Below, in pieces: positions 38,884-50,929 of a DNA stretch of 64,000 bases (position 1 is its first letter; the number at the start of each line of letters is the position of its first letter). A model generated the notes under the pieces. It saw only the letters and a program-made list of their open reading frames with translations, did no database searches and was not told the DNA's origin. Both the position numbers and the translations under genes were made by a program. Source of the stretch: Chiloscyllium plagiosum (taxonomy: Eukaryota); NCBI RefSeq assembly GCF_004010195.1, contig NC_057718.1:7391563-7455562 (forward strand). The letters are read 5' to 3'.

Positions 38884-41800
38884 CATAGACTTTTCTTTCC
38901 CTAATTAACCTGTTCAGTGATGTGATGACACACTGCTGGAGCAGGTGAGACCAGAGTCCAGGTCTCCCTGCTCAAAGCTTTGACTCGTAGTTTGATCATC
39001 TGAGTCACTGCCAACATTCTATAGAGTAAGAAGTTACATTAGCTACTCCGAAAGCTAGTGATTTCAAAGAAATCTGTTGGACTATTACCTGGTGTCGCAT
39101 GTCTCCTCACTTTGTCCCAACCCCAGTTCAAACCAGCACCTCTACATCCACATTATATAGCAAAGGTTACCACAGCAGCTGGTTATAAGTAGAAATTGGA
39201 GCTGGATATCAAGTTGATTAAAAAGGGGAAACTGCACAGTATCTATTAAGAGAGGGATAGTGAATTGGTGAGATTTGCTGACAAAAGGAATGGAAATGTG
39301 TCCCAAGCCCCCGACTGCTTTCAATCTACATAGCTGAAGCTGACTCAGAAAAGTGAACAAAGGAAATCTGATAAAGCAATGAAAGAAATGCAAAAGATTT
39401 GGACAAACCTTGCAAAATGGAGACCTGTGGCAGACAAAGTTCACTGAAAAAGATTAGTGAAAAGTGTTACATATTACAAGAGAAGATGGTGTGATAAGGA
39501 AGGAAGTTGAAAGAGAAGTGGGAGTGAAAACAAACTTAACGCTTACCATGTCGAGTCATCCTGAAAGAGCAATTAACAAAAGCAATATCACTCTGTTGGC
39601 TTATATTGTGAAATCAGCAGAATATAAACCAGAGATTGTCACTTTGAAACTTTGTGTTGTGATCAAGGTTTGAGGGTTTTGTACCAACTCTTTCCTAGTC
39701 CTGTCCCTTTATTATTCATGACAAATTTCAAAATTTAACCAGGGTGTTGGTTGAACCAATTGTATCAGCCTCAGACTGTAACTGATTCAGTGTTAGAAAG
39801 AAGTCAGCCAGGTCTCTTCAGGCAAAGAAACGATAACAAATCTATAACACATAAAACTTAGTCAAACAAAAGAGCAATGGTTATCAACAAAATAAAGGTA
39901 TAGACTATGCAAAGATAGATAGAACTTATATTCGAGCAGCCCCAAATTAACATGAGGGAATTTTGGTAACAGACTCAAGTAGACCCATAAATTGCATCAA
40001 AAATGATTGTAGCAGTGTCTAAGATTTCTCAGACATTAATCTAAATTTCATTCGAACTCCACAAGAGATTTGTTCACTTTTGACAACCTGGCCTTGAGAT
40101 TCCTTCAAGAACTATTCTGTCATGAACTTCCTCAACAGCTGCTCAAAGTTGTGGTAGTTTACCTTTCATCCCTGGGGTGACGCTGCTTTGGACCCAGGAA
40201 ACTGCTGCATTTATTCACAACTCCAGTTTTTTCACAAACAGCTTGCTTCACCAGGCTAGTACTGCCCATAACTTCAAAACTCGATAGATAACAGTGATAG
40301 AAAAGGCTTATGCTTTCTAAAATTATTGTTGTGCCAGTTTGAAATAAGTAGTGTTATGACTTTTACGTGACCAAAATTGATGACAACAAATAAAAACATT
40401 GTAAAAAATGTATGTGCATCTTAAAAATGCAAAGACAGGTCCAATCAATGCTAAATGCTTTGGGTGATGCTTATCTACTTATCCTGCAGTTACTGATGTG
40501 ACACCATGAGTTATCTATCAATTCCAGACCAGCCCAGTGCATTGCCTAGTCAACTCCCAATTTCCCAGCTGTACGTATACATCCAACTGCATGTACTTCC
40601 ACTCATCTCTGAGCTCTTCCCTTAACATTGCAGGTTGCAGTTCTCTGGATGGTTAAATCAGTGCTGGGGAAGTTTTTCTTTAAAATAAAAAATGTTCAGC
40701 AACTCTTACACGATCCAAGGAATACCATTAAAATTCAGGTTTGAGACTAATTTGGAATCCATACACTTTGTTGTGGCCACCAGGATGCTCTGTTATATTA
40801 TTTCCAGACTCAGAATAGGCCCTGGTCCATATTTACAACACAACATTAACATCACTGTCAAACAGAATGCTGAAATGGTGTCCAAATAAATGGCATGAAT
40901 GCCCCAGTGTTTTGGTAAATGCACTGCTTTCAATCCAGAAGCCTGTGTCAAAATAAGCCCTTGTTGTTACTTAGCAGCCAAGATTTTAATAACAATTGAA
41001 GATGCACTATCATTAAGACGCAGTGGACTATCGCTGTAATGATAATGCTCTCTTTTAGTGCTCTCCTCTTCCCATTTATTATTTACAAATTCCACTATTA
41101 TGTTGTTTGCACAGAGAGTGGGTGATTCATGTGAGTTACAGATGTTGTTTTGTCCTGAGGTCTCTATGCATTCAATCAATGGCAAGTGATCACTACCGTG
41201 TATATCTCCCCTGTCAATCAACACCCACCATGAAGTACAGACAAAAAGGATCCCTCACTCTGGATTCTCTCCATTGTTAATGTGCACAAAACAAGACATT
41301 GCAAATAGCAGGGCAAAGTATAAAAGAGGGGACATTGGGGTACAATCCCCAATCACCTCAGGCCTAGGAATCCTGCTTTGACCCCGTGACATTCCAAGTT
41401 GGGGCAGACCAATCAATTCAACACCAGCAACCAACAAAACACACTCATTCTAAGAGTCTCACTGTACCTTTCATGTTCAGCAATGTCAGCATCCTTATTG
41501 ATAAACATCCTTACAAAGTCTACATAAGCAAACTGTATCACTGAACCTTTGTGGAAACACTGTGAAAATAAATGAATCTAAGGTTGCAGAATTTTTCTGA
41601 TAAAAAACCCTTCACTTTTCCTTTTGAAAATTAGTGGGCATTACCATCCCCAAATGCAGAGCAGTGGTTTTGAGTTCTTAGCATCAGGGGAGAGAAATTT
41701 AAAGTGTTAAGCCTGCTAGCTAGCAGTGCTGCACAATGCAAAGGGCTGAAATTCATACATTTAGACTTGAGATGTCAAGGTATAAAATAAAACCTCTCCC

Positions 41801-42043
41801 TTTCATAAATGATAATGGTGTTGAAGATGCTGTTTGGTGTTAGTAGAGGGAGAGAGAGAGGAAGAAACACCCACATTAAATGAGAAATAATATGCATTGA
41901 GCCGGCTATTTTCTGGTGTCTGTGTGTATCTGTGAGGGGGGGTGGGGTGGGGGGTTCTGCATTTAGAAAAGAGGAAGAAGAAAGAAATAGCAGCAGCGAC
42001 GCCATAGAATAATAATCAGGAGTTTACTCTCTTCATGACTTAC

Positions 42044-42184
42044 CAGGTCTATGAATGTTAGGAATTTCCAGCTGCCTCCATATGTTTGGTGAGCTGGGAT
42101 GTCGAGGGCTTTGAAATTGCAGAGGATGGAGAGGTAGGAGAGCAAGATAGCAACCCTCAGGACCTGGGAGGGGATGAGAGCCAT
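42044..42184 (-). CDS. AIG1: Androgen-induced gene 1 protein, first coding exon (47 codons, phase-0 intron follows)
   Basis: Translation [47 protein letters not shown] closely matches the vertebrate AIG1 N-terminus as I recall it ([47 protein letters not shown]). Good Kozak context (AACATGG), donor CTG|GTAAGT at 42043, Thr43 conserved. Confidence 0.96.
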
Positions 42185-42215
42185 GTTGCTGCTGCTGATG
42201 CTGCTTGTCTCCTCT

Positions 42216-42228
42216 GCTGCCTAGTAAC
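42216..42228. promoter_or_regulatory. Second RFX X-box-like motif
   Basis: GCTGCCTAGTAAC (reverse complement GTTACTAGGCAGC) is a 13-bp X-box variant. Confidence 0.45.
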
Positions 42229-42250
42229 TGCCCAGACCCAGAGGGAGCCT

Positions 42251-42264
42251 GTTACCATGGAAAC
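42251..42264. promoter_or_regulatory. RFX X-box motif
   Basis: GTTACCATGGAAAC is a near-perfect GTTRCCATGGYAAC palindrome about 70 bp upstream of the AIG1 ATG. Confidence 0.65.
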
Positions 42265-42573
42265 CCTTGCTGGCAGGCTGCTACTAGACACTGGATCACT
42301 TAGGCCTTCAAGACACAAACATCAGAAATACACACAAGTCAGTAAATCCGTCATTCTTCATGGGTGAACAATATAACCCCGATAATAAGTTTAAAAATTG
42401 TGTCAATAATTATATTGCAATGTATTGATAGGTATGTATTGATGCAATTATTGGATAAATAGTAATATTTCTTTCTGTTCTAAGGTATATTTTCTATATA
42501 TATATCTGTTTATTTAGCCACTTATTATCGATACATCAACTGTCTATTTCTCCATCTTCAGTATCCATCACGT

Positions 42574-42714
42574 TTATCTATCTATCTAAATATCTATCTG
42601 TCTATCTATCTATCTATCTATCTACCTGACTGTCTATCTATCTATCTATTCAACTGCCTGCCTGTCTATCTATGTATCTATCTGTCCGTCTATTGACCTA
42701 TCTATCTATCTATC
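42574..42714. repeat. (TCTA/TCTG)n microsatellite
   Basis: Interrupted tetranucleotide array. Confidence 0.9.
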
Positions 42715-43439
42715 TTTTGCCTGTTTATGCATACAAGTACATGCGTGTTTATATCTATGTGCCATATGCACTGTTTACAGTTACTTTTCCTATCCTATTT
42801 TAATTTTGCTGCAGTATTTCAATGGCCACAGACACATAAAACAAGTCAATAATTCTGTGGCTGGATAAATGTCCACTTATCTTCCCAAATAAAATCAGCA
42901 AATGTTCTTTTTTTTTCTTAAAGAAAGCAAGCTTGCTGTTGATTGCAGATATAATGAATACCTGGACAATGTCTATCTGTCCCTGAGGGCTGAAAATTGT
43001 ATAATGTAGCTCATTAAAAATCTACACAGAGCAGCGTTCCTTCCTTCTGTAGATTGAATTTATTTGATCGGAGAATAAATATTATAAATAACAATCCTTT
43101 CAAAAAAGATGAACAGTTATACCTAGAGTGAAAATCTCATCTTGTGGTTACGTCATTCAAACTCTTCAATGAGATTATGTCCATGTAATCACTCCCACCC
43201 ACTCATTATAAATATTCATGTTCTCTCTTTTTACAGTTGCAAGATAATGTCTTAACAGTTTCGCACACACATACGCACACAGAAGCACAGATTTATATAT
43301 TAAGGCTAATAATGCTAAATGTTAATGACTAGATTAAATGTCTCACTGAGCTTATTTTTCTTCTCAAAAGGAACATCGCTGTTTATATTTCAATGTGGCA
43401 GAATTGCGAAAATATTAACTCTCCCCTGTCCTAACTTAC

Positions 43440-43980
43440 CACATCCAGGCAGAAATCAGGAGTGTGTGGAGTGTTCTTCGTTTGCCTGGATGAATGGAAC
43501 TTTAACAAAACTCAAAAAGCTCAACACAATCCAGACCAAAGCAGCTTCCTTGATCAGCATTCCACCCACAGTGTTAACTATTCAATATTCTGACTATCAG
43601 CTCACAGTGATGGCAGTATTCACCATCTACAGGGTGCACTGCAGAAACTCTAGTAAGTTCCTTGCAAGGTACCTACCAAATCTACGATCTCCACTACCTG
43701 GAAGGAGAAATGCAGAAGATAGTTTGGAGCACCTCTATCTGCAAGTTCCCCTCCAAGTCTTGCACCCCACTGACTTGAAACTGTACTATACCTTCATTGT
43801 CACTGGGACAAAATTCTGGAAATCCCTGCCTCCCTCCCTAACAGCACAATGGGGGTCCTTTAACCAAAGAACTGCAGCAGTTCAAGAAGATGACTCACTA
43901 CTACATTCCCGAGGGCAATTAAGGGTGGACAATCAATTTTGGCTTTGCAGCAATGTTCAAATCCCACATTTGTCAAAAAG
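43440..43980 (+). mobile_element. CR1/L2-group LINE 3' end
   Basis: ECSSFAWMNGTLTKLKKLNTIQTKAASLI...IYRVHC; explains ORF 43319-43987. Confidence 0.8.
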
Positions 43981-44364
43981 GAGATAATGTCAGCTGCTCA
44001 AAATCAAAGCTGTATTGTTCTCTTGGCATTACACGTAGATGTGCCTATGAAATGACATAGGAAGCAATTGCTCCCCTTTAGTTGAAGAGTCAGTAGCAAG
44101 TTGGTGTAATTTTAGGCTTAAAGGCAGGAGGTTTGGAGGGGATTTGAAGCAGATGTTTTTCACCCAGGTGGTGGAATGCAGGTAATGGAGGCAGGAAACC
44201 TCACAACTTTAAAAAAAAATACTTGGATGAGGACTTTAAATACCATAGCACTCAAGGCAAGTGATGGATTAATGTGGATAGGTCAGCACAGACTCAATGG
44301 GCTGAAGAGCCTGTTGCATGACTCTATGATTTTCTGTCTTTATACATAGTAAGCTGTTTAGTCA

Positions 44365-44545
44365 ATGCTGTACAACTCTCTGACTCTATGACATTCATAG
44401 TTCTGTAATGTATTTTCTGCCTCACATACCATTTTGGTAATTATCCAATTTGAAGAATAGTTCTGTTCCAAACATGTCAAACTAGGGATTGCTGGAAACA
44501 CTCAGGAGACAGGCAGCATCTGTGGAGACAAAGTTAATGTTTTAG
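44365..44545. repeat. Inverted copy of 45106-45286
   Basis: About 180-bp reverse-complement match including unique sequence, a CR1 tail tip and a PLE end. Confidence 0.92.
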
Positions 44546-44548
44546 CGT

Positions 44549-44900
44549 GCATCTAGTCCCATTTGCCTGCATTTGGCCCATATCCCTTGAAACCCTTCTT
44601 ATTCATATACCCATCCAGATCCCTTTGAAATGCTGTAATCGTACCAACCTCTACCACTTCCTCTGGCAGCTCATTCATACCACCCTCTGCATGGAAAAGT
44701 TTCCACTTAGGTCCCTTTTATATCCTTCCCCTCTCACCCTAAGCCTGTGCCCTCTAGTTTTGGACTCTCCCACCCTGGAGAAAAGACTTTGATTATTCAC
44801 CTTATTGATGCTCCTGATTTCATAACCCTCTACAATGTCACCCCTTAGCCTCCAACGCTCCAGGGAAAACAGCCCAGCCTATTCAGCCTCTTCCTATAGC
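44549..44900 (-). mobile_element. CR1 3' fragment lacking its terminal tail
   Basis: Highly similar to 45342-45660. Confidence 0.85.
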
Positions 44901-45259
44901 AGAAAACTGCAGAACAGAGGTCCATAGCATGCAGAATCCTGAGCTTGCAGAACAGAATATGGCAAGCCCTATCTTCAGATAGAACTACACAGGATGAAAA
45001 ACTGAAAGCAGACCTTTCAGTATTCTGTGGTGCAGCTTTGCTTCCACGATGGTGTAAATTATTACTGTTGCTTAGTATGCACAGATCCAATGAAAAATTG
45101 GTGAACTAAAACATTAACTTCATCCCTACAGATGCTGCCTGTCTCCTGAGTGTTTCCAGCAATCCCTAGTTCGACATGTTTGGAACAGAATTATTCTTCA
45201 AACTGGATAATTACCAAAATGGTATGTGAGGCAGAAAATAGATTGCAGAACTATGAATG

Positions 45260-45878
45260 TCGTAGAGACACAGAGTTATACAGCATGGAAACAGACCCTT
45301 CAGTCCAATTCATCCATGTCAATCAGATAATCTGCATTAATGTAGTCCCATTTGCTTGCATTTGGCCCATATCCCTCTAAACCTTTCCTATTCATATACC
45401 CATTCAGATGCCTTTTAAATGTTGCAATTGTACCAGCCTCTACCACTTCCTCTGTCAGCTCATTCCATACACACACCACCCTCTGCTTGCAAAAGTTGCT
45501 ACTTATGTTCCTTTTATATCCTTCCCCTTTCACCCTAAGCCTATGCCTTCTAGTTTTGGACTCCCCTACCCTGGAGAAAAGACTTTGACTATTCACCTAT
45601 CCATGCCCCTCATGACTTAATAAACCTCCATAAGGTCACTCCTTAGCCTCCAACTCTCCAGCTCAAACCTTCCAACCCTGGCAACATCCTTGTAAATTGT
45701 TTCTGGAAGCTATGAAATTTCACATCTTTCCAATAGCAGGGAGACCTGAACTGAACACACTACTCTAAAACTGGTCTAACCAATGCCCTGTACAGCCGCA
45801 ACATGATTTCCCAATTCCTGTACTCAGTGCACTGACCAATAAAGGCAAGTCTACCAAACATCTTTTTCACTACCCTGC
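45260..45878 (-). mobile_element. CR1 (HER1-like) 3' fragment
   Basis: ORF2 C-terminus (RVVCVWNELTEEVVEAGTIATFKRHL) and tail. Confidence 0.9.
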
Positions 45879-47068
45879 CTGCAGTTTTGCTGTAAAGAAA
45901 CTGGAACTACACTGCAGGATTGATGGTCAATGTCTGCAAAGTATAGAAATTATAAGTAAGATGTCTGCCTTTTCTAGTCTCTATTTGTATGCATAGCTTC
46001 ACTGTGCAAACTCTCAGACAGCAACCCTTCATACCTTCAGATTATTATAACCAGTCCCTGGGCAAGCTTTCCAATTTGTTATAGTTCCAGACAAAATATC
46101 CCAAATGGTAATGTGCCAAGTGAGGTGGGATGAACAGGGTCGCCTTGGTCATCCACCCATCTCCTCTCGGTTGGTCAAAATAGGTTTATTTAAGAAGAAT
46201 CACTTCTCTTGAGGATACATTTCTCATGAGGATACATTTCTCATGAACCAAAGGTGCTTGTGGTCTTAAAAGGAGTCATTTTATCCAGGCTTTCTTGAAT
46301 GAACAAGAGTTAATTAACAACTAATCACAAAAAAATGATAGTGTAACACTCATGTACACAGATTAGGGAAGAGATGAATCCAAAAGATAAAAATAAACAA
46401 CAAATTACATAAATCAATCTCTGAATTGTTTATGAAGGGTAGATATGATAGCATTTGGATGGCACTTATGATATTAACATTGGCAATTGAAAAGCCAATT
46501 TTGAGATTCTTGGATTTGTAGCATGGTGAAAATTCTGTTGCGCTGATTCCCTTCAACAGTGAGTGAATTCCTGCCCTCAGGATAGGAGAGAGAGTCTTTC
46601 TCTTTGTTTTACCTGCAGTGCTTGGGTGTTTAAAATGGTTTTTCACAATGTTGTAACTTTCACTGCACTCAGGTCCACACCCAAAGCAGTGGTGAATAGT
46701 GATTACAGCTACAGTCAGTTGTTAACCTTTATTTTTGCATGTATTCCCAGAAGATAAAATGGAAATGTTTGCCAAAGGTTTATTTTTCTTGTAATTAAGC
46801 CTCTCTTTGTTTGTAAAGTTTGTCTGACAGTTTATGGGTGTGACATTCACATGTGCCTCAAACTGGTCAATCATGTCAAACTATGGCTAAACAAAAACAT
46901 GTGGCCCATTCACCAGGATCTGAATCTGAAAGGTTAATCCCTAACTTCTCCTTAATTTGCATTTCATTATTGTACATAAAGTGAACATGGCTTCATGTAC
47001 AACCAGGGAGATTTCTCAGTTAAAAGGAAATGCTTTCACGAAGGAGTGATGGAAAATAACTATTGGGA

Positions 47069-47545
47069 AGGAGAAAGTGAGGGCTGCAGATGCTGGAATC
47101 AGAGATGAAAGTGTGTTGCTGGAAAAGCGCAGCAGGTCAGGCAGCATCCGAGAAGCAGGGGAATCCACGTTTCAGACAAAAGCCCTTCATCAGGAGATAG
47201 CTGAACAAATTAAAATGAATGATCCTGATATTTTACAAGTGACAAAACAATGCAAACTTCACAAAAATGATTAAAAAGGAATAAGGAAGTTCTTGAATTA
47301 AGGCAGATACAGTGATGCAGAATTCGTCTGAAGGATCTTAAATTTTGACTCTATCTACTTCTTTATCAGGCTCCCACATGGAACTTTGACGGAGGCCTTG
47401 TTGAAATACATATAAACTGTATCCATTGTTCTACCCTCAACTGTGTATCTGGTCTGAGCCCTGAAGAAGGGCTCATGCCCGAAACGTCGATTCTCCTGCT
47501 CCTTGGACGCTGCCTGACCTGCTGCGCTTTTCCAGCAACACATCG
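47069..47545. mobile_element. Composite PLE palindrome containing captured local DNA
   Basis: Arms at 47069-47195 and 47461-47543; TSD ATAACTATTGGGA at 47056-47068 and 47546-47558; interior is a copy of 47781-47947 plus an inverted copy of 48479-48575. Confidence 0.92.
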
Positions 47546-47658
47546 ATAACTATTGGGAGGCAAGTTAAATAATTGGCATTATATTTGAAAGAAATAATTG
47601 GGATTAATTGAGATAGACTTGATAGGGAAGACAACAGCATTATCGGTGAGATAGGTGT

Positions 47659-47780
47659 AAGTGAGGACTGCAGATGTTGGAGATTAGAGTCAAGAGTGTG
47701 GCGCTGGAAAAGCACAGCAGGTCAGGCAGCATCCGAGGAGCAGGAAAATCCACGTTTCGGACAAAAGCACTTCATCAGGA
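47659..47780 (-). mobile_element. Solo PLE end (family C)
   Basis: Ends at the hammerhead (ttcatcagga); flanked by AGATAG. Confidence 0.85.
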
Positions 47781-48269
47781 AGATAGCTGAACAAATTAAA
47801 ATGAATGATCCTGATATTTTACAAGTGGCAAAACAATGCAAATTTCACAAAAAAGATTAAAAAGGAATAAGGAAGTTCTTGAATTAAGGCAGATACAGTG
47901 ATGCAGAATTCTTCTGAAGGATCTTAAATTTTGACTCCATCCACTTCATAAAAATATGACTCAAAATTCAGAAATGTCTTTCTTGTAACAGTGACAAAGC
48001 ACGTGCTTATATGATTTTGGGAGAACACAGAATGTATTGGGACTGGTTTGTTCAGCTGGCAAGTTGGTTGAAATGTGTATTGAATAATGCCAATAGCAAG
48101 ATAGCCCTGCACTGCCCAGGTAGATTTATAAAAGCTGCGTCCTCTCTGTGCCCTAAACAGGAAAACTTTGGTGAATGAAGTTGCCACACAATGCAAGAGA
48201 AACAAGCAGCATTCTGATATTAGCAAAATGTAGAATTTACCTGGTATAACAGAGAATTGGAGGACAGCC

Positions 48270-49878
48270 AATTCAGTTCCACTCTGCAAAAAGGGTAGAG
48301 ATAAAGCAGGGAATTATAGACCAGTGAGTCTCACATAGTGGTAGGGAGACTATTGGAGAAAATTCTGAAGAAGAGAATTAATCTCCAATTGGAGAAGTGA
48401 GGTTGATTAGGGATAGTCAGCACACCTTTGCAGAGGGATGCCATGCCTAATAATTTTGGTTGATATTTTTGAGGTCATGACCAGATACACAGTTGAGGGT
48501 AGAACAATGGATGCAGTTTATATGTATTTCAACAAGGCCTCCGTCAAAGTTCCATGTGGGAACCTGATAAAGAAGATAAGAGGAGAAGGTGGGGACTGCA
48601 GATGCTGGAGGTCAGAGTTGAGAGTGTAGCGCTGGAAAAGCACAGCAAGTCAGGCAGCATCCGAGGAGCAGGAGAGTCGATGTTTCGGGCATAAACCCTT
48701 CCTCAGGAATAGAAAATAAGAGTGCATGGGATGCATTGTAGCTTGGCAAGTTGGACTCAAAATTGAAGACAGAGGATGGTGGTTGAGGGCTGTTTGACTG
48801 TTCCTATCATATACCACAGGGATCAGTGCTCGGTCCCTTATTGTTCATGATACACAAAAAATAGTATGGAAGAAAATGTTGAGGAAGATGATAAGTAAGT
48901 TTGTCGGTGACGTGAAGATTAGCTGGGTGGAGGTTTTAAATCAGACACAGGTATAGACAGATTGTGCAGATCAGTGACAGAATGGAATTTCACTCTGATA
49001 ATTGTAAGGTGATGCACTTTGGTACGAGTAACAAGCAAAGGGAGTACTCAATGAATGGCAGGACACTAGGAAGCTCGGAGGAACAGAAGGATCTTAGGGT
49101 GCTTGTCCACAGATCCCTGAAGGTGGTGGGACAAGTTAACAAAATAGTTAAGGAGGCATATAGGACACTTACCTTTATCAGTTGTGGTATAGATTATAAG
49201 ATCAGGGGGAGATTATGTGGAGCTGTACAGGACTTTGGTTAGACCACAGCTGGAGCACTGTTTGCAGTTCTGCATTATAGGAAGGATGTGATTGCACTGA
49301 ACAGGGAATCAAAGGAGATTCATCAGGAGGTTATCTGGGATGGAGCATTTTAATAATGTAGAGAGGCCATATAAGGTCAGGTTGTTTTCTTTAGAGCAGA
49401 GAAGGCTGAGGGTGATTAATGTGTAGGAGAAAGTGAGGGCTGCAGATGCTGGAGATCACAGTTGAGATTGTGGTGCTGGAAAAGCACAGCTGGTCAGGCA
49501 GCATCCAAGGTGCAGGAGAATGGACGTTTCTCGTAAGTCCTTCATCAGGAATGATTAACGTGAGAAGAAAGCTTGTCCCTTTAGTTGAAGAGTCATTAAC
49601 AAGTGGGCAAAATGTTTAGGTGACAGGCAGGAGGTTTGGTTGGGATTTGAATGTTTTTTTATCCAGAGGGTGATGGGTATCTAGAATGCACTGTCTAGGA
49701 GGGACATTGAGGTGGGAAACCTCATAGCCTTTAAACAATACTTGGATGAGCACTTGAAACATCACAAAATTCAAAGTTATGGGTCTTGTGCAGGAAATGT
49801 AGATTTAGAATAGTTTTTGTCAGTGTGGTCTCAATGGGCCAAAGTGCTTCTTCTGAATGGTATGATTCTGTGATTCTG
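48270..49878 (+). mobile_element. Decayed CR1 LINE ORF2 with two PLE-end insertions (about 48582-48710 and 49425-49551)
   Basis: [19 protein letters not shown] remnants; PLE TSDs AGAA(G/A)ATAAGAG and TGATTAA(T/C)GTG. Confidence 0.88.
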
Positions 49879-50929
49879 TAGGTCAGATTGTAAGATAGCC
49901 CTAGGTATGAAATTAATAGCATTTGAAATTCTCACAATACCAATGTGTTAAATATATATATTTTTTCTTTATGAGGTGCCTGTGCAACTGGCTGGGTCAA
50001 CTGACATTGCTCATTTCTAGTCATATTTGACAAGATGGTGGTGAGCTGCCTTCTTGCAGTCCATGCGCTGTAGGTAGACCCACAATGCCGTGAGGGAGAG
50101 AATTCCAGGTTCGACCCAATGACCGTCAAGGAACGGCGATATATTTCCAGGTCAGAATGGTAAGTGGCTTGGAAGGGAACTTGTAGAGGGTAGTCTTCCC
50201 ATGTGTCTGCTGCCCTTATCCTTCTAGATGGAAATGGTCACGAATTTGGAAGGTGATTTTTAATATCTCTCAATCAATATCTGGTCATTATCACATTGTT
50301 ATTTGTGGAACCTTTGTTGGATTACCTTGAACATTTCCTGCAAATCAACACTGACCAACCACACTTCATTTTATTTTTTGTAAACCATTTTAATAAGCAG
50401 TACCTTTAAAGACAATATATGTTAGGGTGTATAATTCTGAAGGAGTTACATGAGCAGAGGAATCTGGGTGTCCATGTGTATATATCATTGAAGGTGGCAA
50501 GATAGGCAGAGGAAGCAGTAAGTAAAGCATACAGTACTCTCAGTTTCATTAATAGCAGCACAGAGTCCAAGAGCAGGGAGATGAAATTGGACATGTAAGA
50601 GACACTTGTTAGATTTTAGCTGGAATATTATGTAATATTGCGGGCAACACATTATGGAGAGTGTGCAGAAGCTACTTACAAGGATATTTCCAGGAAAGAG
50701 AACTTCAGATATCAGGGTCAGTTGAAGAACCTTGGATTGCTCTTTTTGTAAAGAAGAAAGCTGAGAAGAGATTTGATGGAGGTTTTCATCATCATGAACA
50801 AGCTGGATAGTGTAGATAGGGAGAAACTGTTCGTAATCTCGGGGCACAGAATTCAAACGACTTGCAAAAGGAGCAAATATGATGTGAGAAACATTTTTTT
50901 CTGTCAATGAGTAATGGGTAAGGAATGCA

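Noticed and set aside
39655..40352. Possible solo LTRs here and at about 46077-46975
   Set aside because: TG starts and general composition are suggestive, but I could verify no TSD or second copy.
41963..42043. ORF extension of AIG1 past codon 47
   Set aside because: Read-through into the intron after the GTAAGT donor; homology stops at FIDL.
43319..43987. 222-aa ORF near the AIG1 promoter
   Set aside because: LINE RT C-terminal remnant.
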